Source: a virus
Lineage: Duplodnaviria > Caudoviricetes
Direction: 5' to 3' (one strand)
Virus record (IMG/VR): IMGVR_UViG_3300049793_000080
Location: 1-62,550 of that record
Length of the DNA stretch: 62,550 bases
Every line of letters begins with the position of its first letter. Within the stretch, counting starts at the first letter, position 1. Positions 7,943-14,996 of the stretch are shown one piece after another. A program made the translations under genes and the position numbers. The notes under the pieces are model-generated. The model was given only the letters and a program-made list of their open reading frames with translations, did not search any database and was not told the origin of the DNA.

Positions 7943-8205
7943 GCTTCGCTGTTCTCACCTTCCCCGAGGCCATGACGCTGGCGCTTGCCACCGGCGCCAA
8001 GGTGGCCCGCCAGGGCTGGAACGGCAAGGGGCAGCACGTTCGCATGACGCAGGGCACCCAGCGCTTTCGATTTACGCTGGAGGACTTCGTGGAGTACGTG
8101 GACGCGGACCCGTTCATGGTGCTGTGCAACGCGCAGGGGCGCTACGTGCCGTGGGCGCCAAGCCAGGGGGATTTGGTGGCGGTCGATTGGATGGAACTGC
8201 CATGA
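7939..8205 (+). CDS. tad2: DUF2829/Tad2-like nucleotide-signal sponge
   Basis: TFPEAM...GAKVARQGWNGKG...VPWAPSQGDLVAVDW signature. Confidence 0.85.
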   Translation: MSFAVLTFPEAMTLALATGAKVARQGWNGKGQHVRMTQGTQRFRFTLEDFVEYVDADPFMVLCNAQGRYVPWAPSQGDLVAVDWMELP

Positions 8206-8495
8206 GCGACGGCGCCTTCTATGCGATGGACCAACGACCGCGGTGGAGGCGCCTGCTTTCGCGTCTCTTCCCGCGCGATGCGTTCCAGGGGCTGGACGCG
8301 CCGACTCCCGGCATGTGCGTTGGCGAGATTTACACGCACGTCGAGGTGGATCTCGGTTGGCGTGATCTTCTGCGGCTGCTGGTGAGTGGGCGCGCGCACA
8401 TCGAGGTTCGCCTGGAGACGGACGCGCTGGTGAACAAGACGCGCAGCAGGGCGATGTTCACGGCGCTGCCGCCGAAGTGGCTGGAGCGGCAATGA
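8202..8495 (+). CDS. Hypothetical protein (WRDLLRLLVSG)
   Basis: ATGA overlaps at both ends. Confidence 0.7.
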   Translation: MSDGAFYAMDQRPRWRRLLSRLFPRDAFQGLDAPTPGMCVGEIYTHVEVDLGWRDLLRLLVSGRAHIEVRLETDALVNKTRSRAMFTALPPKWLERQ

Positions 8496-8845
8496 ACCGG
8501 CGCGGCTTTCTCGGCGGGCTCGCTGGATGCTTTGCAGCGGCGGCCGCGCCAGGCATCCTCGCGCAAGGCGTCATCATGCCGGTGCGCCGCATCGCGTTGC
8601 CCAGCGACACGATTGTGTTTCGGCGCTGGCTTCCTTACGGCAGCGAGGACCACTTTGTTGATGCGCTGCGGTACGGGCTCGGCGTGCGGGAGATGGAAGT
8701 CGGGAGGATAGATAATTTCCGGTTCATCGATGATCGCGAGGCGCCCAATGATCTGCGTAGCATCGAGTACATGAAGAATGCCATGTGGCGCAACATGATG
8801 GACAACATGACGATGGCCATCCCAGCGATTTGGCGCCCGCGATAG
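8492..8845 (+). CDS. Twin-arginine-leader protein made of capsid, terminase and portal motif copies (putative decoy)
   Basis: MNRRGFLGGLAG leader; FRRWLPYG, DHFVDALRY, EVGRIDNFRFI and NAMWRNMMDN match this genome's MCP, TerL, MCP and portal. Confidence 0.8.
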   Translation: MNRRGFLGGLAGCFAAAAAPGILAQGVIMPVRRIALPSDTIVFRRWLPYGSEDHFVDALRYGLGVREMEVGRIDNFRFIDDREAPNDLRSIEYMKNAMWRNMMDNMTMAIPAIWRPR

Positions 8846-8948
8846 ACTGCAACATGGAAACCGGGCCGGGCCTGCGCATTAGCACCGTGGGCACGGAGCA
8901 TCCTCACTGGACTAAACCCTGCTTCATGGGGGCCGGCCCGGCGACCTA

Positions 8949-8977
8949 TTGCGAATACTGGCGCAGTCTGTCACAAT
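8949..8977 (+). promoter_or_regulatory. Promoter of the moron-like gene 9014-9376
   Basis: TTGCGA-N17-CACAAT with TG extension. Confidence 0.55.
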
Positions 8978-9013
8978 GACACCGCTTCGATTTTGAAGTG
9001 ACAGGAGAACCGA

Positions 9014-9376
9014 ATGAAGACCTCACGACTTTGGGCCTTTGCCGCCTTGTGCGCGCTGGCCATGGCTTCCACCATCGCAGTGGCCCAGCCCGAGCCCACC
9101 CCCGCGCACCAGCGAATGTCGATCACCGCACCTGCCAGCACCAGCCCCGCCGTTCTCTACGTCACCGACGCCACCCCCACCGGCCAGCTCGCCGCGTTCT
9201 ACCTGGGTGACCAGTCCTGCGATGCCAAGCCGGCGCCGATGGCCCCGGGCAAGGGGAAAGGCAAGGACGGCGGAAAAAAGAAGTGCATCACGGCCAACAC
9301 GCCACTGGATGACGGCTACATGCAGGCGAAGTTCAAGAAGGGCAGCAAGGGTGGGAAGAAGCCGCCCTCGACGTGA
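9014..9376 (+). CDS. Secreted protein with Lys/Gly-rich tails
   Basis: AGGAG RBS; Sec-type signal MKTSRLWAFAALCALAMASTIAVA. Confidence 0.75.
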   Translation: MKTSRLWAFAALCALAMASTIAVAQPEPTPAHQRMSITAPASTSPAVLYVTDATPTGQLAAFYLGDQSCDAKPAPMAPGKGKGKDGGKKKCITANTPLDDGYMQAKFKKGSKGGKKPPST

Positions 9377-9401
9377 GCGGGCGCTAACAACGCGATTCAG
9401 C

Positions 9402-9424
9402 AAAGGGGCCTGCGGGCCCTTTTT
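9402..9424 (+). terminator. Rho-independent terminator
   Basis: AAAGGGGCC-TGCG-GGCCCTTTTT. Confidence 0.8.
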
Positions 9425-9445
9425 CATTGGTGTGCCAAATTGTGC

Positions 9446-9474
9446 TTGCGCGCCCGAAAAGCCTTCTATAAGAT
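9446..9474 (+). promoter_or_regulatory. Sigma70-like promoter of the second accessory operon
   Basis: TTGCGC-N17-TAAGAT right after the terminator; TGTGCCAA upstream at 9431. Confidence 0.6.
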
Positions 9475-9507
9475 GCAGTCTCCTTTAACCACTTTTAGGA
9501 CTCTGAA

Positions 9508-9930
9508 ATGATGTTTGAACCCCGCACCGACCTTGTTGCTCCACCGGAGCTGACCGACGATGACCGCGCGTTCTTCGCGAAATCGCACTGCGCCGACAGC
9601 GTTCGTTTTCGCATCCTCACCGAGCGCGCCATCGCGCGCAAGACTGCCCAGGCGCTGATCGCCGCCGGGTTCTTTGTCCGCGTGCATGACGGCGAAGACT
9701 GGGCATGCGAGCGCACCACCAAGCTGCCCGTCATCATGGCCGCCATCATGGCGACGGACGAGGAAACGCTGCACGTGTACCGCGAGGACACTGGCGCCGC
9801 GCGCTACGGGTGGGTGCAGTTCGTGTACGGCAATGGCGGATGGGACGTCACGAGCGACCACACGACGAACCTGGAAGAAGTGCTGCAGCCCGTGAGCGAC
9901 TACGCCGAGCAACTGAGCGCGTGGTGCTGA
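9508..9930 (+). CDS. Hypothetical protein (VHDGED...WVQFVYGNGGWDVTSDH)
   Basis: AGGA RBS; GC3-rich ORF. Confidence 0.75.
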   Translation: MMFEPRTDLVAPPELTDDDRAFFAKSHCADSVRFRILTERAIARKTAQALIAAGFFVRVHDGEDWACERTTKLPVIMAAIMATDEETLHVYREDTGAARYGWVQFVYGNGGWDVTSDHTTNLEEVLQPVSDYAEQLSAWC

Positions 9931-9932
9931 AC

Positions 9933-10841
9933 ATGATGGCCACATTCAATCCCAAAGCGCCGGAGGACGCCCAGCGTTTCTCCGGCGGCTTCGATGACAT
10001 GCAGGACGACGACCTGGGCGCAGCGGCCCCGGCCGCTGGCGCACCTGCAGCGCCGCGCAAGGTGTACGTCGAGCAGTGCGGCAAGTGCCACGGCACCGGC
10101 CGCTACCACGGGCCCAGCTCGCGCGGCAGCGATTGCTTCGAGTGCCACGGCCAGGGCAATCACACGTACACCACCAGCCCCGAGCAGCGCGCCGCAGCAC
10201 GCGAGCGCGCAGCCGCCAAGAAGCAGGCGCTGCTCGACGCGAAGTGGTTGAAGTGGGCCGCGCTCCACGAGAACGAGGCCGGCTGGATCTTGGCCAACAT
10301 GGAGAGCAACGACTTCGCGCGCGCCATGCGCATCGCCGCGGGCAAGTGGGGATCGTTGACCGATGGCCAGTTGCGCGGCGTGCATCGCTGGATGCTGACC
10401 GACGAGGACCGCGCCGCCGAGCGCATGCGCGCCGAGCTGACGGCCAAGCCGGTCAACACCGTCAACCTGGGCGCGGTGGAGACGGCGTTCAACCGCGCGA
10501 AGTCGCAGGGCATCAAGTGGCCCAAGCTGACGCTCGACGGCTTCACCATCAGCATGGCCGGCGCCGCGAGCAAGAACCCGGGCGCGATCTACGTGAAGCA
10601 GGGCGCGCGCGATGGCACCTACCTGGGCAAAGTGCTGAACGCCGGGTTTCAGCGCTCGCGTGACTGCGACGACGCCACCGAGGCGGCCGTGCTCGCTGCG
10701 ATGGCCGACCCGCTGGCCAGCGCCGTGGCCTACGGCAAGAAGTTCGGGCGGTGCGCCGTGTGCCACCGCGAGCTGAGCGACCCGGAAAGCATCGCTCGAG
10801 GCATCGGCCCCATTTGCCAAGACAGATTGTTCGGAGGCTGA
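9933..10841 (+). CDS. DUF6011-family protein with N-terminal DnaJ-type Zn finger
   Basis: CGKCHGTG...CFECHGQG and C-terminal CAVCHRELSDPESIARGIGPIC. Confidence 0.8.
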   Translation: MMATFNPKAPEDAQRFSGGFDDMQDDDLGAAAPAAGAPAAPRKVYVEQCGKCHGTGRYHGPSSRGSDCFECHGQGNHTYTTSPEQRAAARERAAAKKQALLDAKWLKWAALHENEAGWILANMESNDFARAMRIAAGKWGSLTDGQLRGVHRWMLTDEDRAAERMRAELTAKPVNTVNLGAVETAFNRAKSQGIKWPKLTLDGFTISMAGAASKNPGAIYVKQGARDGTYLGKVLNAGFQRSRDCDDATEAAVLAAMADPLASAVAYGKKFGRCAVCHRELSDPESIARGIGPICQDRLFGG

Positions 10842-10842
10842 C

Positions 10843-11091
10843 ATGGCAACACCGAACGAATATCTTGCAGCCCGCGAGGCCGCCCAGGACGACAGCCTGC
10901 CGTTGGCTGGCACGGTGCTGGTGCGCGAGGTGAGCCAGTACGGCGTGTGGGTGCTGCAGCCGGCCAACAAGCTGGCCCGCGCCGTCCTGACGCTGACCGG
11001 CAGGAAGACGATCACGGCGACGGACACGGGCGCGCTCAAGGCGATGGGCTTCACTGTGCAAACAACGGGCGAGAGCCCAAGGAGACTTTGA
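10843..11091 (+). CDS. Hypothetical protein
   Basis: GGAGG RBS. Confidence 0.7.
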   Translation: MATPNEYLAAREAAQDDSLPLAGTVLVREVSQYGVWVLQPANKLARAVLTLTGRKTITATDTGALKAMGFTVQTTGESPRRL

Positions 11092-11441
11092 TGGCCAAGA
11101 AGATCGGAGAGTTTCAATCGACGCGCTGGTGCGTCGTGGACGTGGTTCAGTCGACGTATCTCTCGGCGGATGGGCCCACGGCCATCCTGCTGGAATCCGG
11201 CGAGCACGGGCCGCTGTGCAGGCTCAGCGTGAATATGTACCGCCCGGACTGCTCGCAGGACTCGCGCGAGCTGCCGCCCAACTGCTTCTACATGAAGGAC
11301 TGGGGCCAGGAGGATCTCGCGGCCGAGGCGCAGGCCAGCGGCTTGTTCAAGCTGCGCACGGACCTTGCGCCCGCCGAGAGCGGCCACGTCCAGGCGCAGG
11401 CGTGGGAAATCATTGCGACGAAGAAGGCGGGCTGGCCGTGA
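11091..11441 (+). CDS. Hypothetical protein, DUF4313-like
   Basis: LSVN...LPPNCFYMKDW...SGLF...SGHV pattern; AGGAG RBS, TGATG overlap. Confidence 0.65.
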   Translation: MAKKIGEFQSTRWCVVDVVQSTYLSADGPTAILLESGEHGPLCRLSVNMYRPDCSQDSRELPPNCFYMKDWGQEDLAAEAQASGLFKLRTDLAPAESGHVQAQAWEIIATKKAGWP

Positions 11442-11686
11442 ACAAGCCCGATGACGGCTACGACTTCTACCGCGCTGTGGCTCGCTCCGGCCGGTGGCGT
11501 CTCACCCCGTACCGCCTCGGCCTGTACGTGGGCGCCGCTGGCGCGGATCTGCCTGGGCCCTACACGAACGCGGTGGTGGCAGCCACCTTTCGCGGCGGTG
11601 TGCAGGTGGGCCGTCGCAATCCAGGGGGCTTCGTGGATGACATCCTGTGGTACGAGCTGCGTTCCGGTGTATGGGAGACGAAATGA
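11438..11686 (+). CDS. Hypothetical protein
   Basis: GTGA overlap. Confidence 0.6.
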   Translation: MNKPDDGYDFYRAVARSGRWRLTPYRLGLYVGAAGADLPGPYTNAVVAATFRGGVQVGRRNPGGFVDDILWYELRSGVWETK

Positions 11687-12303
11687 CCGACCCGACCAAC
11701 GATGCCATCCAAAAGCTGGCGGCCGAACTGCCCGAGGGGTTCAATGTGGAGTTGAGCATCGAGCGCGGCTACGGTGGCGTGGAGTTGATCCTGCCGGGCG
11801 GGATGGCCGTGCCGGTGGAGAAGGACGGCGGCGGCATTGCCGGCCAACTGCTGGCCGCGCTGCGCATGGCGCGCGACGAGCACATCAAGACGAACATCAA
11901 GCACCAGGAGCCGTGCGAAGTGCTCGGCGTGCCGCCGGCCGTGGTGCTTGGCCCTGCACCTGTCTCGCTTCGACGGCAACCCAAGACGATCCCGCGTGAC
12001 ATAGACGCGAAGTGGGCCGAGCGCGAGGGCTACGTGCCCATGCCGCCCATCGTCATCAGGGTCCGGCCCGAGGCGCTGGCGCGCATCCAGTACGAGCGCA
12101 TGAGCACGAAGCAGTTGCGCATAGCGGTCAGCATGCTGGAGGAAGCCGGGCCCGAGTTCACCACATCCTTCATCGACGGCACAGGCGAGAAGCACAAGCT
12201 GCTCGGCACCACGGCCCACGCCATCGCCTTCGCGGTGCTGGCCGACCGTCTCAATCCCCCATTCCAACCACCGGCCAAGAAGGCCAGAAAGACGAAGCCA
12301 TGA
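11683..12303 (+). CDS. Hypothetical protein, probably two-domain
   Basis: GGAG RBS, ATGA overlap. Confidence 0.65.
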   Translation: MTDPTNDAIQKLAAELPEGFNVELSIERGYGGVELILPGGMAVPVEKDGGGIAGQLLAALRMARDEHIKTNIKHQEPCEVLGVPPAVVLGPAPVSLRRQPKTIPRDIDAKWAEREGYVPMPPIVIRVRPEALARIQYERMSTKQLRIAVSMLEEAGPEFTTSFIDGTGEKHKLLGTTAHAIAFAVLADRLNPPFQPPAKKARKTKP

Positions 12304-12437
12304 AACGCGCCATCATCACCGCCACTCTGCTCCTGTGCTCCCAGATCGCCCTCGCGACGACCGACTGGAAGTGCATGTCCGACTGCAGCCAGTCGGGCTA
12401 CCAGTACGGCTACTGCAAGAAGATTTGCACCTTTTAA
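12300..12437 (+). CDS. Small secreted Cys-rich peptide (45 aa)
   Basis: Signal MKRAIITATLLLCSQIALA plus TTDWKCMSDCSQSGYQYGYCKKICTF; ATGA overlap. Confidence 0.75.
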   Translation: MKRAIITATLLLCSQIALATTDWKCMSDCSQSGYQYGYCKKICTF

Positions 12438-12471
12438 CCACCCACCGGCGCGAGCCAGAAAGACCCACCCC

Positions 12472-12888
12472 ATGAGCGAACAGATCCACAACGGCGACAC
12501 GCAGATCCAGCCCGGCGAGGCGAGCGCCATCCACGCCGTCGACGCCAGCACGACGCCGCCCGAGGGCATCCAGATGGTGGAGCAGCCCAACCCGAACGAG
12601 CCGCTCAAGGCCGTGACCGTGGACGAGGAGGCCGCCAACGCTGACGTGCTGATCGTCATCAAGGAGAACCAGGGCGGCCTGTCCTTCGGCGTGCGCATCG
12701 CCGCGCCCGTGGCCGACACGCTGAACAACCCCTGCCACTTCTTCGCGGAGTACCTGTCCAAGAACTTCGCATGGCTCATGGAGCAGGCGATGACCGAGTT
12801 CAACCTGCGCCAAGCGCTCGAGCAGGCCCAGTCGCGCCAGCGCCTGAAACTGGTGAGCGCGGACGGCAAGACGCCGCTGGGAGACTGA
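12472..12888 (+). CDS. Hypothetical protein
   Basis: GC3-rich ORF. Confidence 0.7.
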   Translation: MSEQIHNGDTQIQPGEASAIHAVDASTTPPEGIQMVEQPNPNEPLKAVTVDEEAANADVLIVIKENQGGLSFGVRIAAPVADTLNNPCHFFAEYLSKNFAWLMEQAMTEFNLRQALEQAQSRQRLKLVSADGKTPLGD

Positions 12889-12890
12889 GC

Positions 12891-13049
12891 ATGGTCACGC
12901 TGGCTGCAAATGATCCTATTAAGGTCGCGCTGATCGTCTTCTACCTATGCGTCGCTGGCACCTGCTTTGTCGTCGCCTGCCTCGTAGGGTACAAGGCGTT
13001 CATGGACTGGCGCGCGGCGCGGCTGATCAAAAAACACGGAGACTTGTGA
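12891..13049 (+). CDS. Small single-pass membrane protein
   Basis: GGAG RBS; hydrophobic VALIVFYLCVAGTCFVVACLVG. Confidence 0.6.
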   Translation: MVTLAANDPIKVALIVFYLCVAGTCFVVACLVGYKAFMDWRAARLIKKHGDL

Positions 13050-13288
13050 TGCCAGCATTTAGCGAAGAAGACCGCGCCGCCCAGGCGGCCAAGGCCCAGC
13101 GCGCCGCGGAAGGCACGTATCAGCGCGTGCTCGCCGCGGTGCGCGCGGCCGGCGGCGCGAGCATGAACCTGATGCGCCAGCAGGGATGCAGCCACAACGG
13201 TGCGATGGCGTTCATCGAGCGCATGCAGCAGGAGGGCGTCATCGGTGAGGCCGACGAGAGCGGGCAGCACCCGTTGATCGCGCCATGA
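13049..13288 (+). CDS. Stand-alone FtsK gamma (winged-helix) domain protein
   Basis: YQRVLAAVRAAGGASMNLMRQ..SHNGAMAFIERMQQEGVIGEADESGQH resembles FtsK-gamma Y..A...V.....ASIS.LQR....GYNRA..IE.ME..G.V. Confidence 0.7.
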   Translation: MPAFSEEDRAAQAAKAQRAAEGTYQRVLAAVRAAGGASMNLMRQQGCSHNGAMAFIERMQQEGVIGEADESGQHPLIAP

Positions 13289-13641
13289 TGCTGACCGACA
13301 TGGACCTGCAGGCGCCGCCGGGCTCGCGCTGGCGCGCCTATCGCATCGACCCCGCGACCGGGTACCCCGACATCGAGTGCTTCGCGCCGGACGAGCGCGA
13401 GGCGGTTTACATGTTCGGGATCTGCGAGTGGATGATGGACGCTGGGCCGGGCGACCGCGCGCCGCTCGATGCGCCCAAGCCGCGCTTGATTGCGTCGCAT
13501 GGCCATGTCGCTCGCCTGCCCGCTCCACCGTCTATCGACATCGAGATTCTGCCGCTCGCCGACTTGATGCCGCCACCCGCACCAACACCACCACCGAAAG
13601 TATCGACATGGCAGAAGCTGCTCAACCTGCTCGGACGCTGA
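13285..13641 (+). CDS. Hypothetical Pro-rich protein
   Basis: ATGA overlap. Confidence 0.6.
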   Translation: MMLTDMDLQAPPGSRWRAYRIDPATGYPDIECFAPDEREAVYMFGICEWMMDAGPGDRAPLDAPKPRLIASHGHVARLPAPPSIDIEILPLADLMPPPAPTPPPKVSTWQKLLNLLGR

Positions 13642-13820
13642 CCGAGGAAGACTACTTCCGCATGGCGCGCGCGCCGATCCGCTCGCGGCAGGTGGGGATG
13701 ACGGCGGGCTTTCGGCTCCTGTTCAACGCCGGCCGCGCCTTCCAGCGCCAACAGGACGCCGCGATCTGCGACCGCCTCGGCGCGGACGAGGCCGCCCAGG
13801 CGATCAGGGGCGAGACGTGA
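13608..13820 (+). CDS. Hypothetical protein (...DAAICD...AAQAIRG)
   Basis: C-terminal pattern common in phage accessory proteins; start uncertain. Confidence 0.5.
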   Translation: MAEAAQPARTLTEEDYFRMARAPIRSRQVGMTAGFRLLFNAGRAFQRQQDAAICDRLGADEAAQAIRGET

Positions 13821-13977
13821 ACGCCGGAGCCCTTGTGTTTGTGTGGATCGCCGCCGGGCTGCTGGGGTACGGCAATTACCCGGCCGCCCAAGCCGCCGCG
13901 CTCATCGCCGTTGCGTTCGGCTGCTCGGACAAGCGGGGGTAAACCCGTGGCCGTAGGACAACGACCGTAGGAATCTC

Positions 13978-14007
13978 TTGATCAGTATGTAAGCACTAAC
14001 CTACAAT
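13978..14007 (+). promoter_or_regulatory. Putative late promoter of the morphogenesis operon
   Basis: TTGATC-N18-TACAAT in an AT-richer gap. Confidence 0.6.
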
Positions 14008-14040
14008 CCCGGCGCGGGCTACCTCAGCAGCTCCCGCCCC

Positions 14041-14067
14041 AAAGGCCCGCTTCATGCGGGCTTTTTG
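14041..14067 (+). terminator. Terminator in the late leader
   Basis: AAAGGCCCGC-TTCAT-GCGGGCTTTTTG. Confidence 0.8.
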
Positions 14068-14082
14068 CTTTGGAGGCAGTGC

Positions 14083-14451
14083 ATGGCAGTCGCAGCAACC
14101 CCGGTCAAGGACGAGAACGAGCCGGAAACCATCGTCTGGAAGTGGGTCTTCGGCACTACCGCCACCGACACCGGCGCGGCCATCAAGCTGCCCCAGCATG
14201 CGGACGTCACGTGGCAGGTGGAGGGCACCCCAGGCGGCGCTACCGTCTCCATCGACGGCTCCAACGAGGGCACCACCTTCTCACCCCTCAACCACGCCGC
14301 CGGCGGCACCGCCTGCACTTTCGCCGCGGCCGGCATCAAGACCACGCTGGAAAACCCGGTCTACAAGCGCCCCAGCATCAGCGGCGCCACCGGCACCACC
14401 GCGCTGACGGTGACCGGCCACTTCCGCAAGGGTTACAGGAGCTTTCGATGA
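14083..14451 (+). CDS. Putative virion protein (beta-rich)
   Basis: GGAGG RBS; T/G/A-rich; first late gene. Confidence 0.7.
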   Translation: MAVAATPVKDENEPETIVWKWVFGTTATDTGAAIKLPQHADVTWQVEGTPGGATVSIDGSNEGTTFSPLNHAAGGTACTFAAAGIKTTLENPVYKRPSISGATGTTALTVTGHFRKGYRSFR

Positions 14452-14990
14452 GCATTGACGCCAAGATCGCGCAGCAGGGCGCGGACACCATCCTGCGCCT
14501 GGGCGTCATGCTCCAGGGCATCCCCGAGCTGGCCGGCATGCTGCAGCGGCTCGGCTCGCTGGAGGATGCGGCCGCCACCATGGAGCAGCGCCTGGAGCGC
14601 GTCACGGCGCTGGCCGATGCCGCTGACGGTCGGCTGGCGGTGGCCAATGACGGCGTGACCAGCGCCAAGGAGCAGGCCGCGCAGATCCTGGAGGACGCGC
14701 GCGCCAGCGCCGAGCGCACCACCGGCGAGGCCATCGCCAAGGCCAGCGCCATCACCGCCGAGGCCGAGGCCGCTGCCAGCAACGCGCGCATCCGGGCCGC
14801 CAACGACGCGGCCGACGCGCTCGCCAAGGCCACGCAGGCCAGGAAGACCGTGCTGGACGAGCGCGACGTCGCCCGCCTCGAGGCCATCACCGCGCAGGAT
14901 CAGGCCAAGGCCGCCCGCGACGATCTGGCCGACATCAACGCCAGGATCGCAGAGGCGCGTTCGGCGGCCAAGAACATCCTGGGCGGGTAA
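14448..14990 (+). CDS. Ala-rich coiled-coil protein
   Basis: AGGAG RBS, ATGA overlap. Confidence 0.7.
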   Translation: MSIDAKIAQQGADTILRLGVMLQGIPELAGMLQRLGSLEDAAATMEQRLERVTALADAADGRLAVANDGVTSAKEQAAQILEDARASAERTTGEAIAKASAITAEAEAAASNARIRAANDAADALAKATQARKTVLDERDVARLEAITAQDQAKAARDDLADINARIAEARSAAKNILGG

Positions 14991-14996
14991 GCGCGC

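Noticed and set aside
13975-14010. AT-rich stretch as a dif (XerCD) site
   Set aside because: Lacks the TTATGTTAAA XerD arm and fits a promoter better
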